This document shows positions 33,831 through 46,641 of a DNA stretch of 64,000 nt, piece after piece (the stretch's first letter is position 1; every line of letters starts with the position of its first letter). The notes under the pieces were generated by a model, which saw only the letters and a program-made list of their open reading frames with translations, had not been told where the DNA came from and did no database searches. The translations under genes and the position numbers were made by a program. This DNA is from Podarcis filfolensis (lineage: Eukaryota): the NCBI GenBank assembly GCA_964270895.1, contig OZ185437.1. The stretch is one strand, 5' to 3'.

Positions 33831-36800
33831 ATGACTCAGGAACTTGACCTCAGCGTACTAAAGGGATTGGAACGACAAGTTGTTTTAGATGTCCTGAACC
33901 GTGATCAGATGTTGAGGAAGGTGGACGAAGAACGAATAAGGTATGCGGAATACAGCGTGCCATTGCATCTCCCTGTTTTATTTCCTTCTTTTCATCTATT
34001 CTTTGCTAAAGTCCTTTTCTCAGCTTCTTTGTTAGACCATTCTAGTGATTAAATTCTAGATTACAGTAAATACTTTGCAGGAAGAAATTTATTGAATGGC
34101 TTTGTCATGACTATTCTTAGAATAGTTTTGTATATTCCCTACTCCATGCACTAAGGGTGTTTTCAGATGGGTGATTATTGTTCATGTTCCTCATGCAGGC
34201 AGCTCCCCTCCCCCACAGCATTCATGTGATGCTGACATTAAAATGTGAGCATATATTCCAGTCTAATCCAGATGTATCTTTCACAGCAAGCACATAGAGT
34301 CGACCTGCTAGTTTTTTTCCAAGTTCCTGCCAAGGGCTCTTAGCAAGATTTGTAAAGCAATTATGATGTTTCAGTATGGTAGGAAGGTTCACTAGTAAAT
34401 TCCTCCAACCCCCTCTTTAAAATTAAGGTGGTTATCTAGGAAAGCAACACAGAAGGAAGTCTCACTCACTCATCTCCATAGGTCAGCCAGTTATTTCAGC
34501 ATGGTATTATATTGTTTAAATGTGGTGGAAGGTGAAATTACAGGTTAACCTCTTGTTTTTGGTTTACATTGGCTATTCAAATTACAGCGTATTATTAATG
34601 AAAGTGCATTCATGCAGCTACTTAGAGACTGCAGTGTGAATAATAGTTCATTTTTATCACTCCCACCTGATAAAACGTGTGCATATTTATTTATTTTTTC
34701 TGGCTGAGAACAGGAAACTGAAGCTGCAGCTGCAGGAACTTCGATGGAAAGGGACAAAAACCACAAACCTGGAATATAAGTCTTGTGCCCGCTGTCAGAA
34801 ACCTCTTGGAGTGCTAATCAACAGAGGTGCAGTGTGCAATGGGTGCAGTCACCAAGTATGCTCCAGATGTCGCATCACTTTGAATCGCTACCTGTGGAAA
34901 TGCACCGTCTGCTACGCTCATGAGTGAGAAATTCTAGAGAAATTGCTCAGTAATATTTATGTTGTGGGTGTTTATGCCTTAGTTGCATATGTCATGAGGA
35001 TAGGGTCTGTAGGAGTTTCACAGCAGCCCTCTGCTATCAAGGAAGAAGGAGGCAGAGGCAGCATATACTTTGGTGGGGAGTAGGACAGTGTGGTCCAATA
35101 CACAGCCAGAGGACCACATGCAGCCCTCAAGGGCTTTTTTGGAGGCCCTTGGCAACATTTCACACACACACACACACACACCCCACAGCAGCCCTCCCAC
35201 CACCTTCCCAAAGCTGGGTAAGCAAAGTGCTAGGCTTTGGGAAGGAGACCTGAGGGCTCTTTCAGGGTCTCTCCACCTTCCCAAAGCTTAGTTAGCGCTT
35301 CCCCAGCTTTGGGAAGGAGGTTGGAGGGCTCTAGAACTCTGCCAGAGCCTTATATCCTTCCCAAAGCCCAGCCCCAGCACCTCACTTATCCAGGTTTGGG
35401 AAGGTAGTGGAAGGGCTAGTTAGGGGGGCATCAAATTTTGGGCTCATCTCCTCCCTCTGTGTGACAAGGCAGTGTCTAAGGAGGTTCACACAGAGGGCAC
35501 ACTGGCAATATTGTTGTGGAATTAACACACAACACTTGGTAGTCAGAGCCATGGGACTCCTTTGCATGCACCTTCAGTAGGATGGGACTTGCTTTCCTGT
35601 AATGTAGTGTATATTTGAAGCCTGGAACCACATAGGTCTTTTTCACATAATTAAAAAATGAAATGAAAATAAAAGCTAAGATTCTCAGAAAGTTGACTTC
35701 TATGCCCAGTACCAAATTCTATGGGTTTTCTATTCTTGTGCATAATCTGGAATGTCCTTTTGGGTTATGTAACAGTTGAGGTTCCAATGCTGTAATGATG
35801 GAGTTTTTGTGATGAGCCTACAGGTGATTTTGAAAATCCTTCAGTAAAAGGTTCAAGTATTTGTTTTGCAGGGAACTTAAAGTGAAAGCAGGCGAGTGGT
35901 TCTTTGAGCAGCGATCAAAGAAATTTCCAGCTGAAGGTAATGCTTTTAAAAAGTAGCAGGAAGCTAGACTATTAAATGCAAGATAAATTGATGGTCTGTT
36001 ATTTTTATTTCACATTTTGTTCTCTTAGCAAGATGTGTATAATCTGAAATAAGTAATAGTAAGTAAATAAGTAAGTAAATATATATATGAGCACATAACA
36101 GTTACCTTTGGCTACAATGTAGAAGTATTTAGGGGCCTTTAGGTGCCAGGCATTAATGTTCCTCTTCAACCAGGCCTTAGGCTGATTAGCATCTGATACC
36201 CTTTTAGATGTGTTGTGGGAGTGAAGGGGTTATTTATTATGTATTTTGTTTGTGTTTTTCATCTCGTATTTTTGTGTTGTGAACTGCCTTAAGCGCTATG
36301 GATGAAGGGCATTATACAAATTTAATATAAAAAATAATTTTAACTAAGTACAATGCACTCTACCTTGGCTGTAAACTCTTAATAAGAATAACTGTTTCTT
36401 TTGAACTGATACTGATGCTGTGTTAAATTACAGGTTCAGATACTACTACTCCTTGGCTTTTTGTTGTATTAATGAGTCCTGAAGTGGTTAATTATTATAT
36501 ATATTATTAGTGCCATTTTAAAAATGATTTGTAATGGATTTACAACAGAAAGTTCATCTGCCCATATGTCAACATTTTGTAGAATTCAAATGAAACTGTT
36601 AAATGGCCTCACCAATAGTTTTGCACAGAGAGATGTTGCTTTCTTTGCCCTAGACTAGAAAATGAGACAGAAATGTATAGAAAAGAAAATGTGATATCAT
36701 TCTACTGGAATTTATTTCTATTGGTGAAAGACAGTCTGAGTGCTTGGCTGGTAACTATAATTTGAAAGCATGCTGAAGCTGATCCAGTTAAAATCTTCAG

Positions 36801-39800
36801 CCCTGCACATGCTTGGGTTGCATAAATCAATAGAAGTCAGTGGAATTCAAACTGGCTTGTTTGGGTGCAGGATTACAGCCAAGGGAATAAATGTTCCCAA
36901 TTTGTGACTCTCTTGGAGCAGGAATAAATTAACAGTGATGAACCAAAATTATAGCTGTTGTTCTCTGTTAATTGCCTCTGTGACCAATCAGTCCATGGTA
37001 ATTCCTTCAAAGACAACACAAACTTATGACATAAGTGGCACAATATTTCAACGGGAAACTTTAGAAACTAGTACTGTCAGTTAGATGTTGTTGTTGACTG
37101 AATTGGATGTGGGATCTTCTGCACACAAAGCATGCAGCCCCTCAATCTGCTTTGGAGGGTCTCTCAATTATATGGAACAGATTTTGAGTTAGTGGGGGCT
37201 ACAGAGGAGAAGAGTGGGAAGTTCATTTGCACAAGTGGAACAGATCAGCATTGGGTACAACCCATAAGAACACGTGCACAGTCTGCTTGTTTCTCATTTC
37301 ATTTATTTAATGGCCTCCAACCTATGCTGGCACATGAGGAAGGGCAGGAAGTGGCCTTTAGACATAAGATAGTGAATTAAGAGCAGCGGCATGCTTGCAA
37401 CAGGGTTCTTGTAAAATATGCAACCACTTCCCTATTTGCTGGCATAACATGGCCTGAAATATCAGGCAGTCATTGTGAGAAAATATTTTTTATCAACAAT
37501 TTTGTTGATTGTGCCAGAGACTTACTTTATACAGTGTTAATAATTGATCTATTGCAGAATTATTATCTTTGTAAGTAGCTGTAAAAGCATATTGAGATTA
37601 ATGCATATTGAGATTATTGAGATTAATAAATATAATGTATTATATAATATATATATATGCGCACAGGGCATTAATATATATATATTGCTCTGTGCAATTC
37701 ATCATTTGTTACATGTGATTGATGACAGAAGGATTGCTTGCTCTTAGTTGATTGTCCACCATTTTATAAGCAGAAAGATTATTTTGGTAATTAGTTATAC
37801 AGGTTGGGTGAAGTCATACTCTGAATAGATCGATTAAAATCAACAAACCTAAGCCAGTTTATTTCAACAGGCCTACGTGTCCCTCCCCCCCTTATGTGGG
37901 AGTTACGTTCCTGCACACAAATGAAATTGTATAATGACAGGGCGTTTTCAGAGGTGCTTCCCTGTTTGTGGCATACCCTCCCTAGTGAGGTGCATCTTTT
38001 TCTGTCAGTGTTAGCTTTCAGGAGGAATTTGAAGACATTCTTGTTTACTCAGGCATTTTGCAGGTGAAGAATACTGTTTTTGGCAACCCAGAGATCATTG
38101 AATGAAATAATAATTTTAATTGCAACTATTTTAGAATTATTTCCCTGTTTTAGAATCCTTTTTTAAAATTGCAGGTGTGTTTGCCACCCTGGGCTCCTTT
38201 GGGAGGAAGGGTGGAATGTAAATTCAATGAATCAATTAAATTTTAAAACTATTGTTGTGCTGCTTGTATTACTGAACTTTTCAGCTGTAATTTAAGTTTC
38301 TACCATCCATTATTGTACATTGCTTGAATCAATACCAATAACTAAATGTAAAACTACATTTTTCTAGATGGTCACAGAATCTCTTGAGCACTTTTAAGGG
38401 TTGGCGAAATTGAAGTATATTGACAACAATAAATGATAGAAAATTGTGACGAAGAACTGGTTTGTGAATAGAATATTATTGCTAGCAAATGACCTTGATG
38501 GGGTTTTTTCCCCTCTTGCTTCACAGGTAGATATGAAACTGCTGGGGCAAAGCTCTTGGACTCTTATCAAGCACTACTAAGGTAAGGACAAGAAGGTGAG
38601 CTTGTCCTAGAGAGGTGGATGCAGTACAAGGAGTGTATTGTGCAGTACAAAATAATCTGCCCCCTGAAGCTACCTGCAGATGCCAAGGTTTAATTTTAAA
38701 AGCTTGCAATAGAACAAGCAGAAATCTAAAACTAATTTTGGTGCTTTTGCTATGCTTTTAAAACAAGTTAGCATAGTACAAAACCTAGTAGGGGCTGAGT
38801 ATTGTAGTGGTTAGTGTATTGGATTAGGACCTGGTAAACGAAGGTTCAAATCCCCATTCAGCCATGAATCTCGCTGTGTGACCTTAGGGCAGTCACAGTC
38901 TCTCAACCTAGCCTACCTCACAGGGTTGTTGTGAAGATAAAATGGGGAGTGGAAGGACCATGAATGTCTTCTTGGAAGTAAAGTAGGGTATAAAAGTAAT
39001 AATATAATAAAAGCAAGACTGTCACCAAAAATGACATTCCCATGTCAAGTTAGTTACTCAGTTGGGCTCTAANNNNNNNNNNNNNNNNNNNNNNNNNNNN
39101 NNNNNNNNNNNNNNNNNNNNNNNNNNNNNNNNNNNNNNNNNNNNNNNNNNNNNNNNNNNNNNNNNNNNNNNNNNNNNNNNNNNNNNNNNNNNNNNNNNNN
39201 NNNNNNNNNNNNNNNNNNNNNNNNNNNNNNNNNNACTTGCTGCCTGTAATGTCTTGTACAACTTATCCCATGTCTTATTGTCATTACTTGGTATGTTTCC
39301 CTGCCACTCTCAGTAGGCGATTATGCGGCAGAATCACTTGATTCTGTTAGGTCATATAAGGCAAGTTGCACTAGATGTTATGGAGGAATCCCTTAGTGCA
39401 GGGCTGCCATTTTTGGTGGTAGCCCCCATATTTTTCTTAGCATGTAGTTGCACCCTTCAGACCAGTCAGCTTGTGCTCCATTTGGGTGTATGTTCATCAA
39501 AGTCCCACCGTACAAGCAAGCCAAGTACTGTCATGGAGGCTGTGATATTTATTGAGATGCTAGTGAAGCAGCAGTCAGTTTTTTGATAGGTAGCAAAGGA
39601 TCTCTTGCAGCATCTCAGAAGATATGTGACGGAAGGCCCAGATCATGAGCAGTCACTGACAATTCAAAACTTGTGTGCAACACTGCAAAGATTATGGGAG
39701 GCATCTATTGGATCACACATCAGTGGTTTGGGACAGCAAAATGTCCTGGTTACATTCTCATCGCTTTCTATGATTTTTTTTAAGGGGGTCTCAGAGTGAG

Positions 39801-42800
39801 AGTTTTGTTCAGTGGGACAGGCAAGCCTGTTATATGGGCTCACTTTAGCTACAGTGGTGTAGTCAATCCTGTATCTAATTAGCAGGCCTGTCCAACCGGT
39901 TGATCGCGATCTACCAGTCAATCACGGGTTGTCCCTGGTCGATCCTTGTTGATCACGTGATCTCCAGCGATTGACCAAAAAAACCCCAACTCAACAACTC
40001 TGATCTCTCTCCCTAAATCCTGGGGAAGACCAGCATGGAATTATGCCAGCTTTCCTTTGATCCTAGTAGGCTTGTGATAAAATTACAGCCATGCCCATCC
40101 AAAGCTCTGCCTCCCTCAATATTGCAGTACAGCCAGATACCACTATGTGGCACTGTGGTATGGCTTCTAGGGGTGATCACAGTGTGGTGGAGCAGGGATT
40201 CCCACCCCCACCTGTGCTGCCAGACCGCTAGCTGTGACCTCACACATTAGTATGGTGGCCCTTAACCCTGAGACAGATTAAGTGGTTTGTTAATTTTCAG
40301 TAAAATCTTGCTCAATGCCTTGCTCTGCTGAAAGAATAAAGGTTAAAAGTAAATACCAAGACTGTCAGGAATGTGACAGACAAGCAGCAAATATGTTGTA
40401 GGGGGAATGCTTATTGAATGTTTAAGTTAAGCATTAAGGCTGAAAAGTCACTTCTCAGCAAAATGCTTAACTCTGCATGTAACTTCGGCCCTTAGTTGAT
40501 GGTAAATATCACAGGATCTGCCTTAGTTCTCCTGAATAAATATTTGGTAGATTCCCTTTCCCACTATTTTAAAAAGATTTCATGATATGATATAAAGCAA
40601 AACCTTTTTTATTATTCAATGTAATACAAAATAATCAAGAGAGGGTATTTTTCCTTATTTTTCAATGTTGTTAACCTCAGAATGTTAGTTGTTCCCACAA
40701 CTTGCTAATAAAATTTGCTTTGCTCAGTTTTGGGGTATTTTCCCATGACTTAGTCTACAGAATTATTTACACTGTCAAAATATACAGAACCTGTGTCCAA
40801 TACTGTGATAGTATACTTCATTTCACAGTCAATAGACACAGCAGATTATCTAACGGATCTCATCTGTTTCGGAGGTTAAGCTGAGAGGGATTTGTAGTAT
40901 GACAAGTTTTGTCACCTCTGATATGAAATTCATTTTCTAGGAATGTCTGCCTTTCCCCTGGTTATTTTCCTTTCATATTTAATCTCTACAATTATTTATT
41001 ACCATGGTTTTTATTATTATATTAAATGATCAACACGATAAAGGGAATGATAAGATAGTGTGCTTACAAATTCGAGTTACTGTCCTTTCATATTCCACCT
41101 AATTTATTAATAAATATATTCCAGCATTATTAAATACAAACCATAAACCATATAAGTATAAATTTAAATGCCAATAAGTATTGTTTAAACATTGTTAAAG
41201 AAATACTACTGTTACCTACTATAGCAACCTTTAAAGCATCCAATTACTTCTAACATAATCTGCTTTCTGTTTTATACACGTAAACAATTGATTAATTTTG
41301 CAGCCATCTCTGTTCCCTTTCCCAAAAATAAACTTATTTACCCTTTACATTAAATATAACATTGTTGGTCTCTAATGTCTAGTGCTGTTCTGCTTTGATT
41401 GATTTTTGTGATTATTTTTCGCTATTATATTTTTATTGATTTTTTTTGGTGATTGATCTCTTTGAAATGATGGTTGATGGGTTTTAAAATGGAGTATAGG
41501 AGATATAGCGAATACAGTATGTCAGAAATGAACTTACATCTTTATGGTAAAATTCTGTTCTCCTTAAATTCTCAGTAACATATCAGTGGTGCCTCCAACT
41601 CCCCCTCCATTTGCTGAATCCACAAGTGAAGATAATACAGTGGTAATGTATACTTCTATCTTTCAATTCAATGTGGCACCACATCTTTTAGCACAATTAT
41701 TCCCTTTTAGCACATTTTCTTTTAATTTTTGTTTTCCTGACAGACTTGTGCCATTGAGTTCATTTTATGTTTTTCAGAGTGCAGTCCTAAACGCACTTAC
41801 CTAGCAATAAGCGCCACTGAACTCGTTTGTTAGTTTTCTAGATAAATATGAATGTTTTTGAAATAGTGATGATTGAAGGAGGTTGACTCGGTCCTATTGT
41901 ACACCAGTGGCAAGGAGCAGAAGACTGACTGAATGGCTGTTAAGGCTGCAATCCTATATTGTCTCATTTGGATGTAAACTCCATTGAATTCAGTGGGACT
42001 TGTTTTTTAATGGGCACATATAGGATTGCAATACAGATTACTTTTGTTTCTTTATAAGCCGCCAGGATGTGTCTTGCACCAGATTGCATACCTTTCGGCA
42101 ACTGGTAAAGATATACTTCTTTACCCGGGCATTTGGGTGGGTGCATTGTTTTTCCCCTCCTGCTGTATTGTTGTTTTTGCCATTCAGAAGATTTTGTCAA
42201 TTTTTGTGGTCCTTTAACTTACTGATTTTAACGAAAGCTGTATATTTTTTAAAAATGTGGTATCTTATGTAATTTGCCATGGGACCATTCAGTGAGGGGC
42301 AGGCTATATGTACAAATAAGTAAATATATCAATAAATTACTGCCCCAGCAATCAGAGTAGAAGTTCAATCAGTGTCAAATAATCTCTCTGCAGGGTTTCC
42401 CATATTGAATCTTGGACCTTCTGCATGCAAAGCAGATGATCTACCACAGAGCTGCAGCTCTTCACCTAAATATGTTCCATTTGATAAGCTACTTGCTTTT
42501 ATTTGTAACATCATTATAGCATATTTTGTGCTGTGTGGTAGATAGAAAAGGGTTGAACTGACCTGTGTGTCCTTTTTGCAAACACAGACAGCTCAAGTCA
42601 TGCCAAAACATTTCCCTTAATTGCTTAGCTACGGATATGATAGCTCTATTTGCACAAATGCACTTTTATTTTTTTGGTAGGCTTCTAAGAGCATGTGACT
42701 TGAGAAGCCTTGAAAACACAACTACTTCTTTTATCACTTTTATCTTTTTATTTTCACCCTGTATTGCAGGAACTTGACCAGAGTAAAAGTTTCCACAGGT

Positions 42801-45800
42801 CTATGGAAAATCTGTTTCTGACATTTACATCACATATAAAAAGTAAGTGTTCTTAAGGACTTTGCTATTCTAAAGCAAGCAGCAAAATATTTCAGCTTGA
42901 GAGGGCGGGTCAGGCCATTTAATGGAAAGAAGAGGGGAGAATTCAACCTCTTCTAAGTAGAGGAGTTGGTGGTTTTTTCTCCAGGGTCCACAAAGGGAAG
43001 CAGCTCCCCATGTCAAACTTTTGAAAATAACAGGCACACTTGCTTCTGATTCCAGTACTACTTACATTGTGATCCTCCCACATTGTGTTTGGAACATGCT
43101 GGCTATTTTTTAATTGCTTAAGGTGCAGCTTGTTTATTTATGCTCTGAAGTATTCATTCAGCACCTTAATTTTAGTGAAAATAACAATGAGGTTTTCAAA
43201 AGTTGAAAACTATTCCAGGGAACATTGTTTGGTGACAGCCAGTCAATTGCTACTGTATATAGCCAGCTTCTGCTGCAAGCTGGCAAAAGTGATTTACTTG
43301 AGTTCAGTCCTCAAGAATAGATTGCACATCTGACCCAAATACTCAGTTGATTTCAACTTCACTAGTAGAGCTAGTGAAGTGGTAAGTCTGTACCTTAACT
43401 GTATGACATAATGTTGCAAGTTGGAGGCCGACATGATTGAATTCCTCTCCATAATCGAACCTCCTCCCCACCCCACCCCAAATGTATGCAGAAAGCTAAA
43501 TACTGGGGAAATGGGTTCTTTCCTAGATTTCTTCCTGGCTATCAACATGATGGCTGCATGGAATTTCCAGATTCAGAGGATCTATAACTTGGAATACCAG
43601 TTTCTGTTGTTCTTAAACCCTGCATGTGAACTTACAAGAGGCATTTGGCCAGCAGGATACTACAGTAGATGGGCCTGTGATTTAATCCTGCAGAGTTCTT
43701 TTGGTCCTGAAATGACATTTTTCTATGTATGTATGTATGTATATGTACACACACACACACACACAGGAGGAGCATTTAATCACGATGTGAGAACTGGGCC
43801 TTAGTTGTGCCTAGTTATTGCTAGATTGCATTCCAAGGCCACCACGGTTTTGGCTTAGTTTTGGTTTAGTTTTAGCAGTTTGAAAGGATACCAGCGCGAG
43901 TAGATAAATAGGTACCGCTGTGGTGGGAAGGTAAACAGTGTTTCCGTGCACTCTGGCTTCTGTCACGGTGTCCCATTGTGCTGGAAGCAGTTTAGTCATG
44001 CTGGCCACATGACCTGGAAAAGCTGTCTGCAGACAAACACTGGCTCCCTTGGCCTGAAAGCGGAGATGAGTGCCACACCCCTTAGTCAAATTTGACTGGA
44101 CTTAACAGTTTACCTTTACCTTACATTGCCTTTTGTACCTGGAAAGCTTTGTCCCACTTCATTTTCAGAAAAAATAAATAAATGGCCTTGTGCATACCCA
44201 GGAATAGGTGTGCAGGTACTGTACAACACACACACGCTTTGCATAAACCAAGAGGACCAGCTAGAACTCGGCCAACCCTTTCTGTCGCTGCATCTCTTAC
44301 ATGATAATGAAAAATTGATAATGGAGGACAAGCTGTTTTTCTTAGTGTGGGGTTTTGGGGTTTATTTTTTATTTATTGGTCAAGTAATCTAAGATAAACT
44401 TCTGGGGAACCCCAGGCTCTGTGGAACACAGGTTGAAAACCTCTATGCAATGTGACCAGTGCTTTTTTCTGGGGGGACACAGGGGTACTCATACCCCTAA
44501 ATATTTTGTGAATCTAGGTTTGGCCTCATTGAGGGGCAGTATTTCAATATGAGTAGGAAAATGAGAGTACCCCTAAGCATTTTTTTTTAGAAAAACACTG
44601 AATGTGACCCATATGTATAACTACCCTATGCGTAACTTGAAAACTTACAGTAGGTACTACTGCAGTGTAATGACAGTTAGCATTATTCCTGTTTTCAGTA
44701 CTCCAGACTTGTTGTGCATCAAAGTTGTCAGTAACAGAGAACCCCTTTCTTGAAAGGACCGTGTTCCACTGAAATGGGACTAACTTCTAGCTGTGTTGTG
44801 TTCAAAGCTGAGGTGACCTAATGTGATGTGTTGCAGCCAGTTTCTTCAAATGTAAATTCCAATGCTGTCCTGTAAATTATACACTTTCAGCTCTCCCACT
44901 CATTGGTTCAACAGTCTGTAATCAATTCTGCATTTTATACTTCAGTATATTTAAGCTCTTTTCCAGTATCACCCATGTTGGAAATGTCAACAGAGCATCA
45001 AACAATAGCTGACCTTGTGTTTTTGTGGAGAGGCTCTAAGCAGAAGCTTTTATATGCTGCTCCAACAGCAGCTGCCCCTCACCTTATGGACACAGACAGT
45101 GAATAATAACTAAACAGACATGTTTCATTTCCTACAGGAGACGATCAGGTTTGATTTAACTGTTTGTGTGTCTCATGGGCCATTTACTGCAAGCAATGAG
45201 TAAACAAATATTGATTGTTATAAAGGGTAATGATGGAATGGTTTCATAAGTCAGACATGACTCAGAATTTCCTTTCTTTTGTGGACTTAAAAGCGCTCAA
45301 GGCCCTGTCTTCCAGTATCAAAATGACATGTAGTCTCTGATATTCTTTGTGACAAGGACAGTATTACATACAATGAAATAATGTTATTCACCTATATGGG
45401 ACTAATCCTAGGGGAAATATGGGTATTGTACATTCCCAGTTGATTGCAATACTTTGATTTCTTTATTAGTAGGTTTATATCAGGTCTTGAAAACCTGACC
45501 CTTCCTTCACACCTCAATTTTGTGTGTTCATTGTATCATAAATATCAGCCATGCTTTCAGTTATGAATCTAATATTATCTTTTGCATAGTACAAAGTAGT
45601 GTACAAGACCATAGATGAACTTCATAAACAAACTGAGTATGTTTGATGGGTTTTTTATTTTTTTAATTCTCCTTTTATTAATTCTAGAAATATCAAAGTC
45701 CCAGAATGATATGACAGCCGAGAAAGGGTTGCTAACAACAGATTATGGGCAAGCAATGGATCCAAAGAAGGAGAGGAGAAGCCTGTCTGACACTGCCATT

Positions 45801-46609
45801 GATATTTCATCCAGGGTATTCAGTTGGATATACATTCAGTATATTTTAAAGGCCTGTTTACAAGCAAATATACACACGGGGCTTAGCTTTCTGCACTTGA
45901 AAGTAAACTCTGCTAATTCTGCTCCCGGAAAACACAGAAGATTCTTTGAATGGAATAAAATACACATAGTTTCTCCTTTCTTGATTGTGATGATTTATAA
46001 TTAGGAATTACTTGTTTTATTTCCCTTCCCAATGATCCCCCCCAAGGCTAGTGAATGTAAATCAGAAGAAGTGTCCATGTGAACTGCAAGTTGCCCTATG
46101 AACTTTAATGGAGGGGTAACCATGGTTGTAAACGAATATCCTTGCAAATCTGTGTTCCTCCATTGAAGTGCATGGGGAAATCCTTTGAAATGGGAGAATA
46201 CACTGCATGAGTGCATGTCTTGTACCTGCTGCAATTTGCTGGAGTGGGCAGCTATTTTCAGAGAACAGTTAATTGAGGAAAGTAATAGAAACCCATTAGT
46301 ACATCTCTCTACAGGTAAATGATGCCCCAAGTCTTCAACAGCTCGTAAGTGGAGATCAAGGTGTCAATGGAGTTGCTGCCAAAAGGAAATCCAGTGAAGA
46401 GTTAATTCCATCCAGTGCCATAAGTGACCTATTTTCTTCAGGAAAACTAAGTGTAAGTAGTGATCCTGTTTTCATCCTATGTTCACTACGGAAGGAAATA
46501 TGCAAACAGCTTAAGGGAAAAGTATCTCTTAACCAAAAACTCTGTGACCAGAAAACTCAGTTAAGGGGGGAAATTATAGAAAAATAATTTAAGAAAGTTA
46601 TAGATATTA

Positions 46610-46641
<32 letters not shown>

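Noticed and set aside
33941-34052. ORF continuation past SYTL3 coding exon 1 ([10 protein letters not shown]...)
   Set aside because: This is read-through into the intron after the AG|GTATGC donor. The same applies to the ORF-track tails at 2789-3022, 5531-5683, 45816-46004, 53436-53541 and 55738-55754.
39058-39316. ORFs spanning poly-X
   Set aside because: These are artefacts of the N gaps (also 51571-51759).
41000-41460. Very AT-rich block possibly derived from an L1 3' end
   Set aside because: Only a faint EMA.KL-like peptide was seen, which is not enough to call.
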